NCBI RefSeq assembly: GCF_006345805.1
Contig: NC_042998.1
Location: forward strand, 200,446,001-200,510,000
Direction: 5' to 3'
From: Octopus sinensis
Lineage: Eukaryota
DNA: 64,000 nt
Part shown: positions 1-10,879 of the stretch, in pieces
How the letters are laid out: every line of letters starts with the position of its first letter
How positions within the stretch are numbered: the first letter of the stretch is position 1
The notes under the pieces: generated by a model
What the model was told of the DNA's origin: nothing
The model's database searches: none
Seen by the model: the letters and a program-made list of their open reading frames with translations, nothing else
Made by a program: the position numbers and the translations under genes

Positions 1-765
1 TTGATAAACTCCAACCCAAGCTGAATAAACAATGATAATAATAATACTTAGAGGTACTATTTTTATTGTTACGACCACAACCACTAGCAACAATACTAAA
101 GGTGCTCGTGATGGCGATAGCAGGAAAATACTAGCTAAGTCAAGAGAAAAGTCAGTAAAAATAATCTTATTTGGGGTTTAAAGTTCTATTATCACAGCTA
201 CTCATACCACAACCACCACCACCAACTACAACAACAACAATAATAACAACTACAACTGTTATTAAAACAACAACAGCAACAACTTTATTAAAGGTGATGA
301 TAATGACGACGATAATTGAAATGTAAAAATCCCTGGGAAATGTTTACAACATTTCAAAAACTAGCAAAACAATTTCTACTTTGGCCAGGGTCAAAATACA
401 GGCCTCTTGACATGATCAACAAACCGTGACGCCTAAACGAAATCCCAATCAACTTAAGTAATATAGTGAAGCCAGTCACCGATTGGTCAGAATGCAGTTG
501 GCAAAACTTAACATTCTGGAGCCTATACAAATGCATTTAAGGCACGCATTATAGCCGCCTCACTATATGAACCTTAAGATTGCAGATATGAACCTTAAGA
601 TTGCATGAAAGTACTAGTTCAACCACAATGAACATTTAATATTGCAACATTTCATAATATTTTATTATCTTATATCATTATGAGATTGTAAATAAAACGT
701 AAAGATCAAAGTTGGAATTCCTTTGATTAAGAGATTCTTCTATACACAATCATACACACCTATGT

Positions 766-773
766 ATATATAT

Positions 774-863
<90 letters not shown>

Positions 864-875
864 TATTATATATAT

Positions 876-930
<55 letters not shown>

Positions 931-946
931 GTGTGTGTGTGTGTGT
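766..946. repeat. (TA)n then (TG)n compound microsatellite
   Basis: Directly visible dinucleotide tracts. Representative of dozens of similar tracts across the window. Confidence 0.95.
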
Positions 947-1084
947 AACGTAACAGTTTAAAAGAAAAAAATTGGTTTCATATCTAGCGTGAACTAGACA
1001 TCTCTTTAGTTTCTCTAAACAAAAAACCTTCACTGCAAAGAATGTTTATTTTTTAAAACACAAGAACGCCGCTGATATTTCAAT

Positions 1085-1530
1085 AAATATTCGATTTTTC
1101 AACGCAGTGCCTCCTGCTTACAATGAAGCGATAGCGACCAGCGGGTTCAAGGACCATATAGTATATACACCAGGATTGCGTAACCATAAAATGGAACGTC
1201 ACAGCAAGATCTTATGGTTAGCTTCCCACTTCTCCCTAAACGTCTGGACATGCGTATGTTAGATTTTTCTTAGATTGGTTGATAAGCATTTCACGCGATA
1301 ACACAAATATAGAAAGATTTTTGACGGGCTTTATTTAAGAATCTTTTTCAGATGTGCTCCCAATTTTAAGAAAAAATTACTTAGCACTCCTATACCACAG
1401 ACAGAGGCGGGTTGTTCATGTAGGATTAGAACTGAATGTCCATTTGACGGCCGATGTAACATCGAGGCTACAGTGTACCAAGCGAAGGTGGCCTCAAACA
1501 GAAACGGCACAAATATCAGTAACATCAATG
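1085..1530 (+). mobile_element. Decayed Penelope-like element (RT C-terminus into Cys-rich linker/GIY-YIG start)
   Basis: Manual translation with stops and frameshifts: FNAVPPAYNEAIATSGFKDHIVY..RHSKILWL..FLRLVDKHF..KYRKIF..CAPNFKK..GCSCRIRTECPFDGRCNIEATVYQAKV. This resembles the recalled Penelope/Neptune pattern RKRNIIWFNPP..FLKLIDKHFP..CNCR..CPLNG.CL...VVYQA.V. Confidence 0.75.
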
Positions 1531-2924
1531 CCAAAACAGGGACATACACTAAAATTTATGTCGGATCTTTTGTCTGTGTGTTTGTGTGCGTGTGGACATA
1601 TTTCACTGAAGCATTGCCATACTAATAACTTGGTGTAAAATTTGTTATACGCATGCTTCTAAACGAAGCGTCAGTGGAGTATAGGGCAGTAATAAGAAAG
1701 TAGACAACAAAGGATTAAGCGATTTTCTAATGAACCTCATTAGCTTACGGCTGTTTCCACACTACATTCCTAAGTTGACTAACATCGACTAACATCGTAT
1801 AGTTACCTTAGAACGTGAAACAATACGTAACTTAGTGACGAATCTATGAATCTACAGTGGAAACAACTGTAAGTTAATGAAGTTCATAACACAATCGGTT
1901 ATTCATCTCATCTCTCTTTTTTACATATCTCTTTGTGCGTGTATACACACATACACATATTTATATAAACACCTATACATAGACACGCAAGCAAATAAAT
2001 ATACACACTTGTATATATGTATGTGTGAGTGTATGTGTGTTTATATATACAACGTTAGATTCTCTACTGTTTTCTGCATTTCATTCACAAAATAATTCAT
2101 GTTTATTCTGTTCGACGTAATTTTTGTAGATACAAATAAAGGGGATGTGAACATTTTAATAACATGATATATACTGAGGTTCCAATCAATATTAGGATGT
2201 GATGGAGATCCAGGCATAAATTCAGACAAACAGGAAATACTTCACATTTTGACATTTATTCCACAAATCGGATAATAAAACACATAGTGCTTTTCGACCG
2301 AACTTTTCTGAAATGTAAAATATTAGCAGATTTCTAGACGTGTTCATATCAATCAGAGTTAGGCCCTCTGTTTTTCGAATAAGATATTTCACTGATTCGT
2401 TATTTTCTGATATGCTTATTGAATCATTATGTCAAATATTACATTCAGGATGACCAGAATACATATTCCCGTCTTAGTATTTATCCTCGATAAATCATAA
2501 GTACTTTCTGACATTCCTAACGTTTGTAGTAAGGGAAAAACAACCAGAGTGATTTCCTCCTTTCTTATTCTACCAAATATCATTACAGGTTTTCAATACA
2601 ATTTTAGAATTGTGCTGAACAAATCGTTGCTCCTATTCAGTAATAAGTGTCAGAAGAACCATTCTCTGTGTATTCATGAATTTACATTACATTCACCCTA
2701 AAATGGTAAAACATAATATGCTTGTATTATACGATTCTTGCGATGATGCTTAGCGTATGACAGATCACGAATTTTGGAGTAGAATTTCAACTTGTACAAA
2801 TATGTTGTTCGCAAAATGATATATTATTTCTTTGTCCTTAGCTCCAACGATCAAGCATATATATATAGTCGCCATGATTCACCTCTAACTCACAAAGTTC
2901 TTTTTTTTTTATTATTCGCTCTCT

Positions 2925-3068
2925 GTTTATTTCCTCGTGTTCCTTTCTCTTGAAGAGGGTTCGCTCGAAACGTAAATGATATTGTCAACTTCCCGAGCGT
3001 TAAAATAATACACCTGCTTGTTTCTTACACATTTGCATTCGTCATTTGTTTTCCTGTAAATCACAACT
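2925..3068 (+). mobile_element. Short interspersed repeat family F (copy 1), with degenerate hammerhead-like half GCTC-GAAACGTA
   Basis: Homologous to 49858-49983 and 52545-52683 (gctcgaaacgt..ttcccgagcgt..taatac..). Ends at a (CTAT)n tract. Confidence 0.6.
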
Positions 3069-3094
3069 ATCTATCTATCTATCTATCTATCTCG

Positions 3095-3168
<74 letters not shown>

Positions 3169-4166
3169 ATGTGTGTGTGTGTGTGTGTGTATTGATAGGA
3201 AATGGTAAAACAACAAAAGAATGAAAGAGACCTCGATATTATGTAAATAGAGGAATATGTATATATATTATATATATATACACATATTTATTTACATATT
3301 TATAGAGATATTGTTTTATAGGTTTATTGCTTATATATTTTTTACACATATTTTCTCTATTCGACCTTCCGCCCTGCAATTTCCTTGTGCATATGTAGAC
3401 GTGTATATAGAACTCTTTGTACGCGCGTGTATATGTGGACATGTGTGCCGGTATGTGCGTATATAGACGTATGTGAGTGTTCGTGCATGCGAGTATGTGC
3501 TTATATAGACGTGTTTTACTCATTGCTTAAATTTACACATTTTTACACATTTTTCTGTACTTTGCCTTCAGCCCTGTTTTTTCTTGTGCATGTGCGTATA
3601 TAGAGGTGTGTATGAACCTTTTTTTTGTGCGCGTGTGTGTGTGCGTATATAGATGTGTGCGTGTATGCGCGAATATAGACGCGTGTGTGTGCGTGCATAC
3701 GGGTTTGTGTATACTTCTTTATACATTTTTCTCTATTTTGCCTTAAGCCCCGTTTCTTCTTGTGCATGCGCGTATATAATCGTGGGCATGAACCGTTTTT
3801 TGTGCGCGTGTGGGTGTGTGCGAGTGTGTATGCGGGTATGTATATTTTTGTTGGCGAATGATTGAGTGAGCATGTGTTTTTCAAGTGAAGGCAGATGAGT
3901 ATATACTTATAGACGCATGTGCAGAGGTGTGCGGGAGCGCATGTGTATGTATGCACATGCACGCTTACGCGAACACTATGAACTATTTACCGCCTTAACT
4001 TTACTCCCTCCCCTCACTTAGCGGTCATTCTGATAGATCCTTTGTCTTAATAACGGACAATCACACAGTAATTTCCCTTTCTTTAACGGTCATTTTCCTA
4101 GCATTTTTACGATGGCCGGAGTTTTATCATGACTACCGAATAATTGTCACATTTTATATTTACAAA

Positions 4167-4203
<37 letters not shown>

Positions 4204-4260
4204 GTCTCTGTCTGTCTGTCTCTCTCTCTCTAAATATATATATATATATACATATATGTA

Positions 4261-4317
<57 letters not shown>

Positions 4318-4447
4318 CATATATAGAGCTAGATAGATTGATAGATTAGATAGATAAATAAATATATAGATATATAAAAAGAGTATTATTATTACCTTAC
4401 TAATATCATTAATAGCGGTATTAATGCATCGTTATTTAAAATGTATA

Positions 4448-4478
<31 letters not shown>

Positions 4479-4482
4479 TTTT

Positions 4483-4689
4483 GTACTTGTTTCAGTCATG
4501 TGACTGCGGCCATGCTGGAGCACCGCCTTTAGAGTGGTGAAAGAGTACAGCAGGGATCACCACCATCCCCTGCCGGAGCCTCGTGGAGCTTTTAGGTGTT
4601 TTCGCTCAATAAACACACACAACGCCCGGTCTGGGAATCGAAACCGAGATCCTACGACCGCAAGTCCGCTGCCCTAACCACTGGGCCAT
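4483..4689 (-). mobile_element. tRNA-headed SINE family A with family-C-type 3' tail
   Basis: Minus strand: atggcccagtggttagggcagcggac..gtttcgattcccagaccggg (A/B-box-like), body ending ctgtactctttcaccac, then ggcggtgctccagcatggccgcagtc..gaaacaagtac. Confidence 0.8.
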
Positions 4690-5120
4690 AAATGAGGGTG
4701 AAAAATTGATATTAATTTAATAATACCATTAATTTAACACCAAGTGGCTTAGCACAAAAAACTACGGAGAAAATAAAAATTTATACGTAAATTATTAGAG
4801 AGTTAACCACTATGTCGATAACTCTAGCGCTAAAAATAGCCCCGATAATACTATGTTTCGAATTAGAAATAACATACATTTAACGGAAGGAAAGTGAAAT
4901 ATAACGAATAAATAGATTGACCCTGAACAAATTGTTTCATTACTAATGTAATATGTCATTTTACTTACATTGACATATATAAATCATCAGCAGAGGTTTG
5001 TCTTAAATACAATTAATCAGACCGACACGAGCGTCAAAACACGTGCGATTTAACGAATTTCATTTTTAGTCATGCCTCAAATTCCCCGCCAAAAGCATGC
5101 CAAGTCTCTTTATATATATA

Positions 5121-5173
<53 letters not shown>

Positions 5174-5629
5174 TGTATACGGCAAGAAGAAAATGGAGTG
5201 GTTCCAGAGGTAGTATGCATCAAGTGTTATACATTATATTATGTCTATTTTATGACTATTTATTTATTTTAAACAATTATGAAAATATATACACATATGT
5301 AAAAATTATGTATTACATACATAAGTACCAGTAATTTCTAGAACACAGAAATTACAACAGTTTCTTACAGCTGCTTCTGCCAAGAGATCACAGTACCCCA
5401 CATGTTATTTCCATTTCTTCAGCGTACTGTAGTGAACGGTAGATAAAATTAGGGTACTTTGGTGTTCTCTAGGCTTCATCAGAGAGTTTAGAAAAGTGTC
5501 TAAAAAGTTCATAGGGACAATGTATGTACATATAAATATACATATATACACTCACATGCACATATATACATACATACATACATACATACATGCATATATA
5601 TATGTGTATATATTTATATATATTACGTA

Positions 5630-5892
5630 ATCACGTGACCGACCGGACCATCAGATGCTGTTACACATCGCTGGTCACAATGCTTTCGCATTGTTCTAGC
5701 CTTCGAATGACGCCACCCCGCTGGCTAAGCGAGCAGGCCAACAGAAACAAGAGTGGAAGAAAGAGTGGTGAAAGAGTACAGCAGGGATCACCACCCACTG
5801 CCGGAGCCTCGTGGAGCTTGTAGGTGTTTTCGCTCAATAAACACTCACAACGCCTGGTCTGGGAATCGAAACCGCTGGGCCATTGTGCCTCC
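5630..5892 (-). mobile_element. tRNA-headed SINE family A, tail type 1
   Basis: Same head and body as 4534-4689 (with a deletion in the head). Tail ..gcttagccagcggggtggcgtcattcgaagg..ggtcacgtgat is shared with 36633-36930. Confidence 0.85.
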
Positions 5893-5907
5893 ACATATTT
5901 ATATTTA

Positions 5908-5964
<57 letters not shown>

Positions 5965-6559
5965 ATATATATATACACGCATGTACACACATAGAAACAA
6001 ATTAGTTATTGGTAGGTATAGTACAATATCCCTTCTAGACAGTGTATAACAAGTGAAATTTTAATTTTAAGAGTAACACAATTACACACATATACACTTA
6101 TTTGTATCTAATTCATTGTACTATCTATAAAATAACACTAAGCTATTCAACTATACATGCAGGTGTACGTCAGCGAAAATAATAACATTTTCATTACCAG
6201 GCCGAAAAATACAACATATATTGAATTTACACCACGAATTTCTCGCAATTTTCAAATTAGTGTCTGACTGGATCTAGCACCTTAGTTTTCCTTATGATCA
6301 CAATACACAGACATTATTCACACTGCATACTGTATTTTCTGTCTGTTTATAATTCTAATACTGGTTGTCTGTAAACAGTTGTTTTCTATCATCCATAAGT
6401 AAACAAATAAGAGTAGTTTCCTTATTAATTCATATATTATCAGTGGACATTACCGAACCAAATATAAATAATAATAGAATTAAACGTAACCAGTTCGAAT
6501 TATTGTTGGGAAGTTGCTCAGTCTTCTTCGAGCAATATGAAATAAAGTTATCCCACCTT

Positions 6560-6687
6560 TTCAAATTTTGACACAAGGGTAGCAATTTTGAGGAGGATTT
6601 AAGTCAATGGGTTTGACTCCAGTGTTCAAGTGGTACTAATCTTATCGACCCAGATAAAAGAAGGGCAAAGTCAACCTCGATGGAATG
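6560..6687 (-). mobile_element. Diverged SINE family B fragment
   Basis: Contains gtggtactaatcttatcgacc..gaagggcaaagtcaacctcg, homologous to other family-B copies. Confidence 0.6.
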
Positions 6688-6959
6688 CCTTAATATCATG
6701 CTTTAGTATCAAGGTGTGTTTGACTGAAATTTTCTTGAAGGTTCTTGCTGGTCGCCCCAGAGCATTGAGCAGTTTCCTTCGTAATGTTTGTTGTTGCACA
6801 ATGAATGAGACCTTATGATTTCCAATTTCCTCAGAAGATCGGATATTATCTACTATGTTCCTCCAGCAAATAGGCGCTATGTGTAGTAACACAAGTATAA
6901 TATATTACTGACAATAAAGGTACCATATGATATAGCTAAATAAAAATGTGTTTGTTTGT

Positions 6960-7350
6960 CACGCTTGATCTTCAATAATACTTTGAAATACAGTTCACAT
7001 TTCAGTGATCCTCTTTCAAATACTTTTGCAATGAATGAATTGATCTTCGATTGAAATATGTCAGATCATAAGAACATCACCATCCCACCACTGAGGCATT
7101 ACTTCATATTGGTGCTGTTACGGACCGCGAAACCACCTCTAACATCTCACTTGTAAACCTTCACACGAATGAAATAATATTCCGTTACGGATTATAAGCC
7201 AAAACAAATTCTTTGGATCCATCTATTGGCGGTAAGATACACCGATAAAGGATAAGTACACAAAACTGTTAATAGCTTTATAATTCAATGGTATAACTGA
7301 CAAATTTCTGAGATTTTATTTCTGTTAAACCCATAAGATCCCAAACCTGG
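6960..7350 (-). mobile_element. Decayed mariner-type transposase fragment
   Basis: Stop-riddled translation ..QHQYEVMPQWWDGDVLMI*HISIEDQFIHCKSI*KRITEM.. resembles the mariner KVMLSVWWD.KG.I.FELL...QTI.AE.Y..QL block. Confidence 0.5.
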
Positions 7351-8094
7351 TTAAGCAGCCGCTGTGCGCATAGGTGTAGCACATTTTTTTTCTTGTGAAG
7401 CATATACATATCTGACGGAACTCAAACGTACAAAATCCAAAATAACGTGACTTGGTTGATTTTCTTCCATTTGTTTCTTGATAGGGATAAGCAATTCATC
7501 AATTGCTAAATGGGGAATATAAATGGTGTTGCAATTGGACTGAATGAAACCAGTCACTTACAGAAATATTGATCATTGTTATGACTAGATCTGAAGAAGT
7601 ATCCAACTCCGATGCAAAAATCTAAATTTCGTGTACGAGACACACCTATATTAGCGCGTAAAAAGGATGTGTTGTATTCGTAATGCGAAATTTACGTAAG
7701 GTTTATGAGTTTCATATTGGAACAATAATACAAGTGATAAATTTAGATGAAAGCATGTTTGAAGGCAACACTAAAGATGACCATTATGGAATACATCATT
7801 GTTACAAGGTTTAAATTTATGACCCTCGGGAACAACACTGCTATTGTTCAATCATACATCAAGCACCGATTGAGATGAATCCTTTGGCACATGAAATGCT
7901 TGTAGAAGTTTACAGGCCTCCATCATCAGCTGGACAATAGTGAATTTTAAGCTTCATACTCTACCAATGCTTAGTACAAGATTTTAGCAATGGCCTGAGA
8001 ATGAATTTAATCGTTGACTATGTAACCGGTTCGAATTTGGCATGCTTCTGGCATTAACGTTAACCATTTCCCTTTAGCAATTCATAATTTTTTT

Positions 8095-8305
8095 TTTCAA
8101 TCATCGGAATGCAGCAATGCTGGAGTACCACTTTGAAGGGTTTAGTAGAATAAAATCGATCCCGGTGTGATTATTATTTTATGTGTCTCATTGAACGAGG
8201 CGTTACGTTTCGTCAGCATACACAAGACATCAGTTGCAAGTGGCGGAGGGTAACAAACATATATACAAATCTACACACACACACACAAACAAACACACAT
8301 ATATG

Positions 8306-8342
<37 letters not shown>

Positions 8343-8497
8343 CCGGCTTCTTTCAGTTTCCTTCTACCAAATCCATTCACTCTCGTCGGCGTGGGGTTAT
8401 AATACAAATCATTTGCCCATGGTGACACGCAGTGGGACAGAACCCGACACCATGTGGTTGGGAAGAAAACTCTCTAACCTCAGAGAACTCCTGTGCC
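8095..8497 (-). mobile_element. tRNA-headed SINE family C, diverged
   Basis: Head ggcacaggag..ccaaccacatggtgtcgggttctgtcccactgcgtgtcaccatgggcaaatg, body ggtagaaggaaactgaaagaagccgg. Homologous to 21810-22173. Confidence 0.75.
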
Positions 8498-8934
8498 AAT
8501 AAATGTTCTTTATATTTATCATACATTCATTAACCATCACTCACCTGTAAAGCAGTTACGTAAGATTAACATCTTTCAATAAAAGCAAAAGATTTTGTCA
8601 AGCTTACGTTCAATGAAATACAATAAAGTGGTTGTGATGGAACTAATTAGAATTTATACAAGATTTATAATAAATTTTCACTAGTTTATCAATAAATATT
8701 TCTGAGAATTCTAACACTTCCATCTGTCCAACACCTGACAATTCTCCCATCTGTAGGATGCTAATATATCTTGCACTGGAATCATGATTAAGTAACACCC
8801 ACCTCGATGGACTAGACATAGTATGTCAGTTGTGGACGATGACAAGCCGTACAGGTATATTAATCACACCTGTATAAAAGAACACCAATGTAAAAACGTG
8901 ACGTTAATGAGAATGTTAAACGAAAAATTGCGTA

Positions 8935-9378
8935 AGTTATTTACATTATTTACATTTGACGGATATTTGTCCTCATCTTGTTTGTTGTTAGAACAACGTT
9001 TCGGCTTATATACCCTTCAGCTTTCATCGGGTGTCTTGGAAAAATTTCGGACCTTGGTTCTCATTCCTAAGGTATTTTTTCGATGTTCTTCTTCTTCTTC
9101 TTCTTCTTCTTCTTCTTCTTCTTCTTCTTCTTCTTCTTCTTCTTCTTCTTCTTCTTCTTCTCTTCTTCTTCTTCTTCTTCTTCTTCTTCTTCTTCTTCTC
9201 TTCTTCTTCTCTTCTTCTTCTTCTCTTCTTCTTCTCTTCTTCTCTTCTTCTTCTCTTCTTCTTCTCTTCTTCTCTTCTTCTTCTTCATCCTCTTCTTCTT
9301 TTCTTCTTCTTCATCATCCTCTTCTTCGTCTTCTCTTCTCTTCTTCTTCTTCATCATCTTCTTCTTCGTCTTCTTCTT

Positions 9379-9437
<59 letters not shown>

Positions 9438-9510
9438 TCAGGCCACTGCGGGAATCGAACTCGGAACTAACTTGGGGTTAGTAGCCCTCACACTTAACCG
9501 CTATGCCCAC
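8935..9510 (-). mobile_element. SINE-like family D: tRNA head + (AAT)n/(AAG)n spacer + hammerhead-like tail
   Basis: Head 9510-9437 with B-box gagttcgattcc, microsatellite 9436-9086, tail 9085-8935. Same three-part architecture at 14312-14654. Confidence 0.75.
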
Positions 9511-9597
9511 GGGCATATGGCGTAGTGGTTAAACTTTCGGGTTACTAACCCCAAGATTCCGAGTTGGATTCCAGGCAGTGACCTGAATAATAATAAT
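9511..9597 (+). mobile_element. Inverted second family-D tRNA head
   Basis: gggcatatggcgtagtggttaa..ttactaaccccaagattccgagttggattccaggcagtgacctga(ata)n. Reverse-complement homologue of 9437-9510. Confidence 0.8.
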
Positions 9598-10481
9598 ATA
9601 CATAATTCCTCATCTCTTAAATATAGAACTGAAAAATTACTTGAATGAAATATGAAAAATCGTGGCGTATATATGTACGAGGTAGAATACTCTGGAAGAG
9701 TGTCACAAATGATGGAGAAGATACCCTTCGACACAACATGAATGGGACACTGCTAGGATAAATGCCAGTTAAAAGCAAATCGAAAATGCAAGACGAAATA
9801 TGCTTGTCTACAACACCCCTTAAAGCTTTTGCGTTGATCTGTATAGTGACGTGGGAGTGGATAATTTTCTTTGACGCAGTGGAATTCCTAGCGAGGAAGA
9901 ATTCCAGATCGCTTTATTAATGTCTACTCCTAAATTGAAATCGTCATCAGAAAATCTTGGAATACATGTTTGTTATCCGCGATTAAATATATGCTCATAT
10001 ACACGCTTAACCTTATGAAAACGAAACTAGTGCAATATCATGTTCCGTAACAGCAAATAACAATCGTTAAAAGAAAAAAGAACACTTCGAATATATAGGT
10101 CATTAATGCGCTGTTCATTTCTCCGTTTATAATGCAACTAAAGAGAATTACTAAAGAGTAAATTGGAGATTATAAAATTGTTTCGTCGTTATTCTGTTTC
10201 CCGCCTCACTACGGTTTCTGCTACTTTTGACATTTGCATACAGTTGAAAGAATTTTTTATTGCATTGTATTCATTCGATTAGAAACCGAAAGTCTTTTGA
10301 ACAAGAAATTAACAAAGCATTTCAATACCGATATAAAACGCCATATATTTATTTCTGACGTGATTAAATCACATAATTTTGCTATGATTCCAATCCATGG
10401 CGCCTTGTAGTTAATTTGCTGGAAATTGGATTATATTACAATCTTTCGCTTATTCATTATATAAAGGCATGTTTCACTTAC

Positions 10482-10618
10482 CATGTTGCCGTCAATCTTC
10501 AAATTTTCTAGTTGTGGATCATAGAGCAACGTACCAGGATCTATATTAATTGGTGACTGATTTTTTCCTTTGTTACATAAACTCCATTCCAGGTTTAAAA
10601 GACCCCAAAAGCTCGGCC
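10482..10618 (-). CDS. CA10: Internal coding exon of a carbonic anhydrase-related protein (CA10/CA11-like, alpha-CA fold)
   Basis: Acceptor ctctttatttAG and donor ATG|GTAAGT. 137 nt, phase 1 in and phase 0 out, open frame (G)PSFWGLLNLEWSLCNKGKNQSPINIDPGTLLYDPQLENLKIDGNM. Matches recalled human CA10 [26 protein letters not shown]....FDP.L..L.I, including the QSP(I/V)NI alpha-CA motif. The symbol means CA10-like; orthology is not tested. Confidence 0.9.
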
Positions 10619-10879
10619 CTAAATAAAGAGAAGAAATTTAACAATATTAGTAAAATAGTTTTGTTTTTTGTAGTATATTCTGATCATTAGTAAGTATAAC
10701 ATCCACGGGCAAATTCATGTAGAATATCACAAATAAGAACGAAAACAAACAAATGAGGTACAGAAACTAAATGTTTTGCGACAATGTGGCGAAATGTGGA
10801 TTAGAATGTCAACCGGGAATGTGCTAATGAGGCTGAAGTTCGGCTGAAACGTGCCAGTAGCTGGAAGCCAGGAATCATA

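Noticed and set aside
7351-7557. ORF with IDELLIP, reminiscent of piggyBac (V/I)DEQL.PF
   Set aside because: Only a short motif matches and the downstream KP.KYG block is absent. Not supportable.
8823-9525. Longest ORFs (215 aa and 164 aa)
   Set aside because: They run through the (TTC)n/(TTA)n spacer of the family-D element, so they are open only because the repeat lacks stops.
9437-9586. Possible tRNA genes (also 14593-14654 and the heads of families A, B and C)
   Set aside because: A/B boxes are present, but there is no closing acceptor stem and they run into repeat bodies. These are SINE heads.
10822-10856. Hammerhead-like CTAATGA-ggctg aagtt cggct-GAAACGT-G near the exon
   Set aside because: G5 is replaced by A, the cleavage position is G, and there is no stem I. 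At most a dead relic.
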